Positions 1-9,769 of a stretch of 30,288 bases of DNA are shown in pieces. The position numbers and the translations under genes were made by a program. The DNA comes from Planctomycetota bacterium. GTDB lineage: Bacteria > Planctomycetota > PLA2 > JAEUHO01. Below the pieces are notes generated by a model. The model saw only the letters and a program-made list of their open reading frames with translations, did no database searches and was not told where the DNA came from. Position 1 is the stretch's first letter; each line of letters starts with the position of its first letter. The stretch covers positions 1 through 30,288 of the forward strand of contig CBDCWP010000027.1 in NCBI GenBank assembly GCA_965223505.1. The letters are read 5' to 3'.

Positions 1-587
1 GCCGAGAGGCGGCGCGCTGATCGGCGGCGTGGGGTGTGGACGAGGCGGCCGTGTTCGCGTCGTCCGTGCGGGAGGTCGTCACGCTCGGACGGCATCCCTG
101 GCGCGGCGCGTTCGCGCCGTTGACCGACGAGGAACGCGCGCGTGTGGACCGCGCCCTGGAAGCCACCCGATCTCACCGCGTTCGCGGAGCGCAGCCTGCC
201 GTCATTGAGCTCCGGTGAACGGCAGCGTGCAGCGCTGGCTCGCTGCCTTCGTACAGGACGCCCGCGTCCATCTGCCTCGACGAGCGACGAGGTCATCTCG
301 ATCTGGGGGCATCGCCTTGCGCATGCTCGAGCTGTTCGCGCCGAGGCGCGCCTGCACGGCAAGGTCGTCGTGATCGTCTTGCACGATCTCAATCTCGCTT
401 CGGTGTCGCGGATCGAATCGTCCTCATGGTGGCCGACGGGCGCGCGGCGGTCGGGTCGCCCGCCGAGGTCCTCACCCGCGAGAACGTGGAGTCCGCCTTC
501 GCAGCGCGCGTCGCCGTGCTGAACCACCCCGAGCGCGACGTGCCCCTGCTCGTTCCCGTGGACGAGCAACGGGAGAGCGCGCCGTGA
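1..587 (+). CDS. ABC transporter ATP-binding subunit, cobalamin/Fe-siderophore (BtuD/FepC-like) type; 5'-partial, several frameshifts
   Basis: Stitched frames give SVREVVTLGRHPW, the ABC signature LSSGERQR, LDE..HLDLG (Walker B/D-loop remnants), the H-loop VLHDLNLA and ENVESAFAARV. The TGA at 585-587 overlaps the GTG of the next gene. Confidence 0.8.
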
Positions 588-1576
588 GCTCGCGCGTTTG
601 GGTGCTCGCGACCGGCGTCGTGTTCGTGATCGTCGCGGGCGCGCTCTGGTGGCTCTCGTCGGACCGCTCCGCGTGTCTCGATCGCGTCGCGCCCCCGCCC
701 GACGGCGCGTTTGCCCGCGCGGTGTCCGCGGACGACGATGCAGTCGAGATCACCTAGTGCCGACGGCACGCGCGTTCGCGTTCCGTCGCGGCCCCAAGCG
801 CGTCGTGAGCCTGCTGCCGGGCATCACCGAGATGTGGGCCGAGCTGGACGGGCTCGGGCACCTCGTCGGCGTCACGGAGCACTGCAACTTCCCCGAAGGC
901 GCTGCCTCGATTCCGAAGGTCGGCGTGTATCCGCTGGACGTCGAGAGCATCCTCGCGCTGCAGCCCGATCTGGTCCTCGTGGACCGCACGTACTTCCGCA
1001 CCACGCTGGCGTCCATGACCGACCGGCTGCCCGCCATGCTGCCGCTGGAGACGAGCCGCTCGCTCCCGCACCTGCTGACGTCGTTCGACGTGCTCGCCCG
1101 GGTCGTGGGGACCGACGCCGCCCGCGGCGCCGCGGAGCGTCTGCGTACCGACGCGTCGTCGCTTCCTGGCCGAGATCGGCGCCCGCGTCGTCACGCCGCC
1201 ACAGCGCGTGCTCCTCGTGGCGCAATGGGATCCGCTCAACGTGCTCGGCCCCGGCGCGCTGCTGGACGATCTCTTGCGCATCTGCGGCTGCGTGAACGTG
1301 GCCTGCGACCTTCCGCACTGCGTCGGGTGCGTTCGACGAAGAGCTCGTCCTGACCCGCATGCCGGACTGGATCCTGAGCGACGCTGCTTCCATGCCCGAC
1401 CGTTTCGCCAAGCGCTGGCAAGCGGTGCCTGCCGTCGCGCGAGGCCCAGGTCGGCTCGTTTCGCGCGGACGACCTGCTGCGCGGGGGGCCGCGTGTGCCT
1501 CGCAGGGCCTGCGCCGTCTCGAACGAGTGCTTCGCAAGGGACGCGTCCGCCCGGCACGCTCGCGAGGGCGCCGTGA
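584..1576 (+). CDS. Periplasmic cobalamin/iron-complex binding protein (BtuF-like, helical backbone fold); frameshifted
   Basis: N-terminal hydrophobic anchor (RVWVLATGVVFVIVAGALWW), then PKRVVSLLPGITE..GVTEHCNFP..DVESILALQPDLVL, and C-lobe segments GPGALLDDLLRICGCVNVA and EELVLTRMPDWIL, spread over several frames. Confidence 0.8.
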
Positions 1577-2564
1577 TGCGCTGGCTCGCGGCCGGGGTCT
1601 TCGTCGTTGCGTTGCATGCTGGTCGGACTGTGCTTCGGGCCCGCCGACGTCGGCGCGTCGGATGTGTGGCGGTTCGTGACCGGAGAGACGCTCGCGCCGC
1701 ACGTCGAGAACATCGTCTCGCATCGCATGCCGCGCGTCGCGCTGGGGTGCCTCGTCGGCGCGGCGCTCAGCGTCGCCGGCGTGCTGTTCCAGGCGTTGCT
1801 GCGCAACGATCTCGCGGGAGCCGTACCTGCTGGGCGTCGCACCGGGCGCGCTCGCTGGGGGGTGACGCTCGCGGCGGTGTTCGCGGGCGCCGCCGGAACG
1901 GGCACGATGCCGCCGGCGCTCGTTCGGACGGGGTCCGCGTTCGCCGGAGCGCTCGGCGTCGCTGCATTGGTGTTCTCGTTCGCGCGTCGCTCGGGCCGCA
2001 TGGTGGCGTCGACCGTGCTGTTGGCCGGCGTCGCCGTCGGCGCGTTCGTCGCGAGCGCTCGCAACCGGCGCGCTGCACGCCGCCGTGCACGACTGGCACC
2101 TCGTCGTGCGTTGGCTGCTCGGCGATCTCTCCTTCAAGACGTACTTCGACGTCGCTCTGTTGGGCGCGATCGTCGGCGTCGGCGGGCTCGTCGCGTTCGT
2201 CCGCGCGCGCGACCTGGACGTTCTGACGCTCGGAGAAGACGCCGCCTGGCTTTCGGGCGTCCGCGTGCGGCAGGCCTTGTGGCTCCTCGGCGGCGTGGGG
2301 TGCCTGCTGGCGGCCGCCGCCGTCGCGTTGTGCGGGCTCGTCGGGTTCGTCGGCCTCGGCGTGCCGCACCTGGCCCGGCGTCTCTTCGGGCCCGGCCACC
2401 GCGTGCTGATCCCCGCCTCGGCCCTGCTCGGCGCGGGCTTGCTCGTCCTGGCGGACGCGCTTTCGCGGACGGTGCACCCTCCGAGCGGATTCCCGTTGGG
2501 TGTGGTGACGGCGACGCTCGGCGCGCCGGTGCTCGCTTTCTTGCTCCTGCGGCGCGTCAGATGA
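1576..2564 (+). CDS. FecCD/BtuC-family ABC permease; frameshifted in the 5' half
   Basis: RMPRVALGCLVGAALSVAGVLFQALLRNDLA, WLLGDL, LDVLTLGEDAAWLSGV, GLVGFVGLGVPHLAR and PLGVVTATLGAP are FecCD hallmarks. Coupled to the upstream gene via GTGATG at 1573-1578. Confidence 0.85.
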
Positions 2565-2592
2565 GTTTTTTGGACATGAATCGGACGCGCCA

Positions 2593-2618
2593 GGAACCCG
2601 TGAGAGCCCGTGCCCGTC
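2593..2618 (+). promoter_or_regulatory. Putative ECF-sigma promoter (GGAAC-N17-CGTC)
   Basis: GGAAC at 2593-2597 and CGTC at 2615-2618, about 60 nt before the ATG at 2677. Motif match only. Confidence 0.35.
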
Positions 2619-2676
2619 CCCTTGTACAAGCGGGGGGCTGTTCTGGTCCGGGCAGGCGCTCGCTTCGGAGATTCTC

Positions 2677-5364
2677 ATGTCGACATTGCGCACTTCGGGC
2701 GGCCGCGCGCTGCCGATCCTCCTCATTGCCTTGGCGGTCGGCGCGATCGTCTTCCTCTTCGTGGGCGACTTCTTCGGCACCTCCGGCGGGGCCGGCAGTG
2801 GCGACGGCGACGGCGGTGAGGCCGCGGACATGATGGACGGCGACGCCGATGAAGGCGCCCGCGACGACTTGGACGGCGGCGGGGTCAAGCTGGCCGGTCT
2901 GTACGGCGATGGCGATCTCGGCGCCGTCACGTTGCGCCTGCTTTGGATCGGCACGAAGGACCCCGTGGCCGACCAGGAGGTCAAGCTGATCAACCGCAAG
3001 GGCACGGAGACCATTCCGGTCGTCAGCGACGGCGCCGGACGCGTCGTCTTCCCGGAGGTGATCCCCGGCAAGGGCTACAGCCTGAGCGTCTCCGGCGAGG
3101 CGTTCGCCGACGTCATGCTGCGCGGCATCACCGTGCGCAAGGGCGCGACGCACGACCTGGGGGACATGATGCTGGGCGATCACGTCGTGCTGCGCGGTCG
3201 GGTGATCGACGAGTCCGGCAAGGCGGTCGCCAATTCCGCCGTTTCGGTCTACAGCGGCGGCACCGAGATGAACACCGACGGCGTGATGTTCATCATGGCC
3301 AATGCGGCGCTTCTGCCCGAGATGCCGCTCGAGGAAGCCAAGACGGACCCGGACGGCTACTTCACCCTGTCCTCGCTCGAGGACGGCGTGTACCGCGTGG
3401 TGGCGCGGCGCGGCGGCTACGCCAGCAAGCATCAGGACGACATCGTCGTCGCGACCGACCGCAGCGCCGCGGTGATGACGCTCGTGCTCGGCGACGGCGC
3501 GCGTGTGTACGGCAAGGTCACCGACGAAGACGGCGAGCCGCTGGCGAACGCGCGGGTGATGGCGATCCGCGACGAGGGCCGCCGGTTCTCGATGCGCGCG
3601 ATGCAGCGCGAGGTCACGACGACCGACGAGGAGGGCAAGTACGTCCTCGACACGCTGGCCCGCGACCAGCGTTACCGCTTCGGCGTGATCGCCGAGGGTT
3701 TCGCCCCGCTGTTCGACATGGGCGGCCGGCAGATCGAGGTCGAGGAAGAGCGCAACTTCGTCATGCCCAAGGGCGGCACCATCGAGGGCGTCGTCACGGA
3801 CAAGGAGACGGGCAAGCCGGTGGCGGACGCCCAGGTCGGCATCTTCGTCGGCAACATGATGCAGCGCGGCGAGAACAACCAGGCGGCGACCACGCTCGCG
3901 CGTACCGACAAGAAGGGGAAATTCCGGGTCGAGAACATCATTCCCGGTCCGATCGCGTCGGCGCAGGTGAAGGCGCCCGGCTACGTGACCGCCAACTACT
4001 CCATGTGGACCCAGAACCAGTGGCCCGACCTGAAGGCCGGCGAGGTGAACGAGGTCACGGCGGAGCTGGAGCGCGGCGGCATCGTGCAGGGGCGCATCAT
4101 CGCGGCCGACACGAAGCAGCCGATCGCGGGCGCGACCGTGATGCTCGAGTCCTGGGCCGCGTTCTGGACGGGTACGCCGAGCACGACCACGGACAGCGAC
4201 GGCCAGTACGAGCTCGTCGGTGTGCGCGCCGGCGAGTACCGCGTGCTCGCGGCGGCCGACGGCTACGCGCCGCCGCCACCGGAGTCCGAGGCGAACAAGG
4301 TCACCGTGCCCGAGTCAGGCGGCACCCAGTCGCTGGACGTGGAGCTCAGCGCTTCCGGGACCGTCACCGGCGTCGTGGTGGACGTGGACGGCGAGCCGGT
4401 CGCGGGCGTGCGCGTCACGGCGCGCGCCGTGGCCGAGCCGAACCCCGAGGGCGGTCGCGGGCGCGGCCGTGGTCGAGGCCGCGGCGGCTCGATGTCGATG
4501 CGCATGTTCATGAACAGCCGCATTCCACGCGACATGACCGACGAAGAGGGCAAGTTCAGGCTGATCGGCGTGCCGGCCGGCCGCTGGGAAGTGCGCGGCG
4601 AGAGCGAAGAGTACGTTTCCTCGCAGACGAAGCCGTTCCGGATCGCCGTCGGTGAGACCGAAGAGGTGGAGCTCACGATGCTCTCCGGCGCGGTCATGCA
4701 CGGCCGGGTCTTCGACGAGGGCGGCCGCGGCCTGCCCGGCGCGCGCGTGCGCCTCGGCAACATCGACGACGCGACGGCGGAGCGCCGCGACCTGAGCGGT
4801 TGGCGCGCGGACCGCGAGCTCGATCCGAAGGTCTACGTCACGGACGACGAGGGGCGCTTCACGGCGACGAACCTCCCGCCAGGTCGCACGCTCGTCAAGG
4901 TCACCAAGGACGGCTACGTCACGTCGTACAAGCGCAACCTGCGCCTGGCAGCCGGCGAGGTGCGCACGCACACGGTCGCGCTGTCGAAGGGCGAGGTCGT
5001 GCAGGGCATCGTGTTCGGCGCGGACGGCAAGCCGCTCGAGGACGCTCGGGTCGGCGTGACCGCGCGCGACCCGCGCGAGGAGCAGCCCGAAGAGGCGGAT
5101 GACGGCGACGTCGGCGAAGACGTCGAGCCGACGATGTGGTCGAGCACCGGCGAGGACGGCCGCTTCAAGGTCGAGAACGTGCCGCCCGGGACGTACTACG
5201 TCGTCGTCTGGTTCGCCAGCGGCCACCAGGGCTGGTGGCGTGACCGGTCCGACAACGCCGTTCGCGGCGCGATCTCGGTTCCCAACGCGGGCGACATCGA
5301 GTTCGCGCTGCAGAAGTCGGAGCCGCGCGAGATGGGTGGCGGGCGCGGTCGCGGCGGACGCTAG
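2677..5364 (+). CDS. Membrane-anchored protein with 8 carboxypeptidase regulatory-like (CarboxypepD_reg-type) beta-sandwich repeats, 895 aa
   Basis: N-terminal TM (LPILLIALAVGAIVFLFVG), an acidic Gly/Asp linker, then repeated G-x-V-x-D-x-x-G-x-P-[VL]...T-D-x-x-G-x-[FY]...GY units. GGAG RBS upstream. Confidence 0.85.
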   Translation: MSTLRTSGGRALPILLIALAVGAIVFLFVGDFFGTSGGAGSGDGDGGEAADMMDGDADEGARDDLDGGGVKLAGLYGDGDLGAVTLRLLWIGTKDPVADQEVKLINRKGTETIPVVSDGAGRVVFPEVIPGKGYSLSVSGEAFADVMLRGITVRKGATHDLGDMMLGDHVVLRGRVIDESGKAVANSAVSVYSGGTEMNTDGVMFIMANAALLPEMPLEEAKTDPDGYFTLSSLEDGVYRVVARRGGYASKHQDDIVVATDRSAAVMTLVLGDGARVYGKVTDEDGEPLANARVMAIRDEGRRFSMRAMQREVTTTDEEGKYVLDTLARDQRYRFGVIAEGFAPLFDMGGRQIEVEEERNFVMPKGGTIEGVVTDKETGKPVADAQVGIFVGNMMQRGENNQAATTLARTDKKGKFRVENIIPGPIASAQVKAPGYVTANYSMWTQNQWPDLKAGEVNEVTAELERGGIVQGRIIAADTKQPIAGATVMLESWAAFWTGTPSTTTDSDGQYELVGVRAGEYRVLAAADGYAPPPPESEANKVTVPESGGTQSLDVELSASGTVTGVVVDVDGEPVAGVRVTARAVAEPNPEGGRGRGRGRGRGGSMSMRMFMNSRIPRDMTDEEGKFRLIGVPAGRWEVRGESEEYVSSQTKPFRIAVGETEEVELTMLSGAVMHGRVFDEGGRGLPGARVRLGNIDDATAERRDLSGWRADRELDPKVYVTDDEGRFTATNLPPGRTLVKVTKDGYVTSYKRNLRLAAGEVRTHTVALSKGEVVQGIVFGADGKPLEDARVGVTARDPREEQPEEADDGDVGEDVEPTMWSSTGEDGRFKVENVPPGTYYVVVWFASGHQGWWRDRSDNAVRGAISVPNAGDIEFALQKSEPREMGGGRGRGGR

Positions 5365-5451
5365 AGCGGCACGCCACGAGAACGAGCTCCATCCACGTCA
5401 CAGCCAAGTCGTTCTGACAACACCTTCCCGAAACCGGGGTAGCCTTCCCTG

Positions 5452-8010
5452 ATGGGCAAGGGGCGGCTCACACTCGCGATCGGCGCGGCGCTTGCCGTAC
5501 TGCTCTTCCTCTCGTTCAGCGGCATCGCTGATCCGCTGGGTATCGCGCCCCACAGCTACGACGACGACAGTCAGAGTGATCCGGGTTGGATGGAATTCGA
5601 GGACCGGCGTCTCGAAGAGCTGCGCAAGCGCGCCACCCTGCGCGGCATCCCCGGCATCGACGTCAAGCCGCAGGGCGTCGGCATCCTCTCCGGGTTCGTG
5701 AAGCAGCAGCTGCCGGATGGTGATGCCCGCCCGCTCGTCGGCGTGAACCTCAAGCTCCTGGGAATCGACGCCGAGGGCCGCGCCGTCGTGCTCTCGCTCG
5801 TCACCGACGAGACGGGCCTGTTCGAGAAGCACGACCTGCAGGCCAACTTCGGCTACGAGCTCGTGATCGATCACAAGCCGTTTCGCCGCAGGCACGTCGA
5901 GAGCATCTGCGTACGCGCGAACCGGACCACCGACCTCGGTACGATCTTCCTCGGCTCGCCCACGACCTTGCTCGGCAAGGTGCACGACGACAAGGGCCGC
6001 GTGCCCGTCGGCGCGAAGGTGAGCGTGTTCCGCGACCAGAGCCGGCCCGACTCGTTCGACCTGCGCGGCGGCCTGTTCGAGCTGCAAGGCGCCTTCGACA
6101 GCATCGCGAGCGCGGAGGTGCAAGGGGACGGCACGTTCGCGGTCAAGGACCTCTCGCCCGGACGCTACCTGCTGCGCGTTGCTGCGCCGGGGTACGCGAC
6201 GGCGTTTCGCTCCGGCGTGATCGTCACGCTCGACGAGCTCAGCACGACCCCGCACATCATTCTCGATCCCGGCGCGGGCTACTACGGCAAGGTGCACGAC
6301 GAGGAGGGCCGCGGCATCGGCGGCGCGCGCGTCATCGCCGTCGCCATCCCGGGCGAGCGTGCGCAGCGGATCGACCGCGTGGACGTCACGACCGCGCCCG
6401 ACGGCCGCTACCGGCTCGACACGCTCATTCCTGGCGTGCGTTACTTCCTCGAGGCGTGGGCCGACGGGTTCGCCCCGAGCGGACAATTCACCGTCGTCGC
6501 CGACGGCGTCGACAAGAAGGACATCGAGCTCGCCGTCAGCGGTCGGGTCGAAGGTCGCGTGACCGACGCCGAAACCGGCGCGGGCATCGAGAACGCCGAG
6601 GTGACGATCGTCGCCGGGACCTTCTCGTCGCTGTCGCCCGTGTCGACGCACACGGACGCGTCCGGCAACTACGTGTTCCCCAATGTCAACCCCGGCGCGG
6701 TGATCCTCATCGCAGCCAAGGCCGAGGGCTATCAGATTCGCGAGGAGACCAACCTCGGAGCGGTCAACGGCATGAAGGTCGTGGCCGGCGAGACGCTCGT
6801 CTTCGACTGGCAGCTCTCGCGGGGCGCGGTCATCCGCGGGACGGTCACCGAGCGTGGCGGCGGCCCGCTGGCGTACGTGACGTTGGCCTTCGTCGATCGC
6901 CGCAACCGCATGCGCGGCGAGGTGACCGCGCTGTCGGACGAGCGCGGCGCGTACGTCGTGGACGGGTTGTGGCCCGGCGAGTTCGAGCTGCGCGTGACGG
7001 CGCCTGGATACGCACCGCCGCTCGACGCGGAGCAAACGCGTGTGACGATCGAGGAGAGCACGCACGAGCACCTGCTGGACGTCACTCTGGAGCGCGGCGC
7101 CACCGTGCGCGGCGTCATCATGTCCCCCGACGGGCTGCCGGTCGCGGGTGCGCGAGTCGTGATCGAGGCGGGCAGCGGCCGGCGCGTCGACAACCGGGTG
7201 CGTGACCTCAACGCCGTCTCGAACCGCGTCGGGACCTTCACCATCCACGGGGTACCGCCGCGCGTCGAGGTCTTCGTGATCGCCGATCACGACGAGTACG
7301 TCCGTACGACGTCGGCGCCGCGGCGGTTCTCGCCGGGACAGGACGTGCAAGTCGAGCTGCAGCTGCTGCCCGGCGTCTCGCTGCGCGGTACGGTCGAGGA
7401 CGAGCGCCGCGTCGCGATCGCCGGCGCCCGGGTGCGCTGGGGGCACGTCGAGGCGGATCAAGCGCAGCGCATTCGCGATTCGTTTCGCGCCGATCAGTAC
7501 CTCGGGACGCGCGTGTTGCGCACGGACGACAACGGCGCGTTCGTCATCGACCGGGTCGAGCCGGGACTCACGCTCGTGAAGGTCGAGCACGACGGGTACG
7601 TCCACTGGTTCCGCAAGGACCTGACGATCGGCGCCGAGGGCGACCCGCCGCCGCTGAAGGTGACGCTGCAGGGCGCGTTGTCGGTTTCCGGCCGCGTCCT
7701 CGACGACGCGACCGGCCGCGGCGTGGCGGGCGTCTTCGTCTACGCGCGCGAGCGCAAGCCGGAGGAGGGCCGGCCCGACGATCCCGGTCGGGTGAAGAGC
7801 CTGATCTCCGCGGAGACCACGGCGGACGGGTCGTTCACGCTCACGGGGTTGCCGCCCGGCTCGCACGAGGTCGTGGTGTGGTTCGCGGCCGGATACGTAT
7901 CAGCGGCGCAGAACTGGAACCACGCGAGCGTTCGCAAGCAGGACATCGCGGCCGGCGCGAAGAACGTCACGTTCCGGCTCGTGCGACCCGCGCCCGAAGA
8001 GCCCCAGTAG
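5452..8010 (+). CDS. Paralogous membrane-anchored/secreted protein with 8 CarboxypepD_reg-type repeats, 852 aa
   Basis: N-terminal hydrophobic segment and the same repeat grammar. Colinear similarity to the upstream gene (e.g. GARVR..RAD..TDD.G.F..PG.TLVKV..DGYV, VVVWFA.G). Confidence 0.85.
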   Translation: MGKGRLTLAIGAALAVLLFLSFSGIADPLGIAPHSYDDDSQSDPGWMEFEDRRLEELRKRATLRGIPGIDVKPQGVGILSGFVKQQLPDGDARPLVGVNLKLLGIDAEGRAVVLSLVTDETGLFEKHDLQANFGYELVIDHKPFRRRHVESICVRANRTTDLGTIFLGSPTTLLGKVHDDKGRVPVGAKVSVFRDQSRPDSFDLRGGLFELQGAFDSIASAEVQGDGTFAVKDLSPGRYLLRVAAPGYATAFRSGVIVTLDELSTTPHIILDPGAGYYGKVHDEEGRGIGGARVIAVAIPGERAQRIDRVDVTTAPDGRYRLDTLIPGVRYFLEAWADGFAPSGQFTVVADGVDKKDIELAVSGRVEGRVTDAETGAGIENAEVTIVAGTFSSLSPVSTHTDASGNYVFPNVNPGAVILIAAKAEGYQIREETNLGAVNGMKVVAGETLVFDWQLSRGAVIRGTVTERGGGPLAYVTLAFVDRRNRMRGEVTALSDERGAYVVDGLWPGEFELRVTAPGYAPPLDAEQTRVTIEESTHEHLLDVTLERGATVRGVIMSPDGLPVAGARVVIEAGSGRRVDNRVRDLNAVSNRVGTFTIHGVPPRVEVFVIADHDEYVRTTSAPRRFSPGQDVQVELQLLPGVSLRGTVEDERRVAIAGARVRWGHVEADQAQRIRDSFRADQYLGTRVLRTDDNGAFVIDRVEPGLTLVKVEHDGYVHWFRKDLTIGAEGDPPPLKVTLQGALSVSGRVLDDATGRGVAGVFVYARERKPEEGRPDDPGRVKSLISAETTADGSFTLTGLPPGSHEVVVWFAAGYVSAAQNWNHASVRKQDIAAGAKNVTFRLVRPAPEEPQ

Positions 8011-8033
8011 CTTCCAAACGTCGGCAACCGCCG

Positions 8034-9551
8034 CTATCCGTCGCGGCTGCTCGCTTCCGACGCCGCGTCGTTCGCGTTGATGCGCTGCATGGCCTGCGCG
8101 GCGGCGCGCGTCACGCGCAGCACGACGAGCACGATCTCGTCCTCGGCGTCATCCAGGCCGTCGAGCACGACGAGCGCCCCGCCGCCTTCCGGCTCGAGGG
8201 TGAATGTCGCGTTCGTCGTCGCGACGCTCCATTCCGGCTGGTCGAGTACGACCGGCTCGGCGCCTTTGTCGGGGCGAACCGTCGTCGTCGCGATCGGTCG
8301 TGCGACGTCGGCGTTCTTCGCGGTCATCTCGATCGTGAGGCCTCTCCGGACCGGCGTAGCGAAGAACGACAGCGTCAAGCCCGTGCGAAGCTCACCCTGT
8401 TCGACCATCCACGCGCCGCCTTTGGCCGGCTGCACGTCGCGCCGGTATGCCAGCGTCTTCCCGAGGAAGGACTCCCCGGTCGCGTTCTCGACGACGCGCG
8501 CCGTCGGTGCGACGACGGCCTCGGCATCGGGCAGCGTGCGCAGGAAACGCTCCCACACCTCGGCGTCGTTTTGGCTCCCCGTCTTCACGAGGGTTCCGCG
8601 CACCTGCTCTTTCGGGGCGAACAGCGGTCCGAACTTCGCGAAGTCCGTCCCGACGCGGCGCATGTCGTAGATGCCCAGCCCCTCTCGGCGCGGAACGCGG
8701 ACGACGACGGAGGTGAACTGCCAGGCCGGCCCGGCAACAGCGAGCTGACCACCGACCGTCTTCTCGCCTTCCTTCTTGCCGTCCTTGCCGCCGGCGTCCT
8801 TCGATTCCTCGGCATCCGCTTCCGGCTCGTTTGCGTCGCGCTCGGGCTTGGCCGGCTCGTCGTTGGCGGGCGCCCGGACCTTGATCCTCTCGATGTGACT
8901 CTTGAGGCGCGCGTGGCCTTCGTCGGTCGCGGTGACGACGTACAAGCGGCCGGCACGCGTCACCTCGCTCGCGTTGGCCTGCTTGCGCAGCAGGTTCATG
9001 ATCTGCACGCGGTTCATCCCGTCGTCGAGCAAGACCTTGACGTCATACGGCGCCGGCCGAAGCGGCGGCGCGGGATCGGGCTCGACCGCCGCGGCGGACT
9101 GGGGCGTGCCGGCGAGCCCAGGCGCCGGCGCGGGGGCCGATGCGTTCGCCGCCGTCGAGGACGGCGCACCGTCGTGGCGGCGCGCGTGCCGAAGCTCCAT
9201 GACGAGACGGCCGACGGCGCGCTCGCCCAGCGCGGTGATCAGCCGAACGGCGCGTTCGCGTTCGTCGGCGGTGCCGTTGACGGCCTGGTCGATCCAGACC
9301 TCGACGAGACGCTCTTCGCGGTTGGCCCACTCGTTGAGCGCCGTGCTCATCGCGCGGACGTAGACGCCGACGTCGCCGCCCTTCTCGATGCGCTCGAGCA
9401 GGCGCTGTTCGGCCTCGTGGCGGGTCGTCTCGTCCGGCGAGAGCAGCATGCGTCCGACGCGCGCGGCATCGTCGTCCTCGTCAGCCAGGGCCGGCGCGCA
9501 CAGCGCGATTACGGCGACGGCGATGGACAGGAGATAGCCGGTCGTTCGCAT
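8034..9551 (-). CDS. Exported secretin-like protein (N3-like domain + divergent, reduced secretin C-domain), 505 aa
   Basis: Signal peptide ending ALA. PYDVKV..LYVVTATDEGHARLKSHIERIK resembles a secretin N domain. VAPTARV..LAYRRD..RTGLTL..PE..TTNATFTL..GGALVVLDGL resembles the secretin beta core. CDS status is strong; the family call is by eye. Confidence 0.6.
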   Translation of the reverse strand: MRTTGYLLSIAVAVIALCAPALADEDDDAARVGRMLLSPDETTRHEAEQRLLERIEKGGDVGVYVRAMSTALNEWANREERLVEVWIDQAVNGTADERERAVRLITALGERAVGRLVMELRHARRHDGAPSSTAANASAPAPAPGLAGTPQSAAAVEPDPAPPLRPAPYDVKVLLDDGMNRVQIMNLLRKQANASEVTRAGRLYVVTATDEGHARLKSHIERIKVRAPANDEPAKPERDANEPEADAEESKDAGGKDGKKEGEKTVGGQLAVAGPAWQFTSVVVRVPRREGLGIYDMRRVGTDFAKFGPLFAPKEQVRGTLVKTGSQNDAEVWERFLRTLPDAEAVVAPTARVVENATGESFLGKTLAYRRDVQPAKGGAWMVEQGELRTGLTLSFFATPVRRGLTIEMTAKNADVARPIATTTVRPDKGAEPVVLDQPEWSVATTNATFTLEPEGGGALVVLDGLDDAEDEIVLVVLRVTRAAAQAMQRINANDAASEASSRDG

Positions 9552-9645
9552 TGCGGTGGCTCCGGGAAGCGCTCCGAAAGAGAGTATCGCCCGGCGCCCG
9601 ACGCGAAACCGTCAAACGAATGCAAAAGGAGCGACAACGCCGGAA

Positions 9646-9740
9646 ACACGGGCTCTCGGCGGGCCGGCCACGCGGATCGGTCGCTGCGAGAGCCGGTGTC
9701 CACGCCGTCCGGGGACGTGGGAGGCGTCACCTCCGACGGC
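9646..9740. other. Two adjacent intergenic stem-loops
   Basis: ACAC-G-GGCTCTCG ... CGAGAGCC-G-GTGT (9646-9699) and GCCGTC ... GACGGC (9704-9740). Confidence 0.45.
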
Positions 9741-9769
9741 ACGGCCGTAGCGAGCTTCGAGCGAACGAC

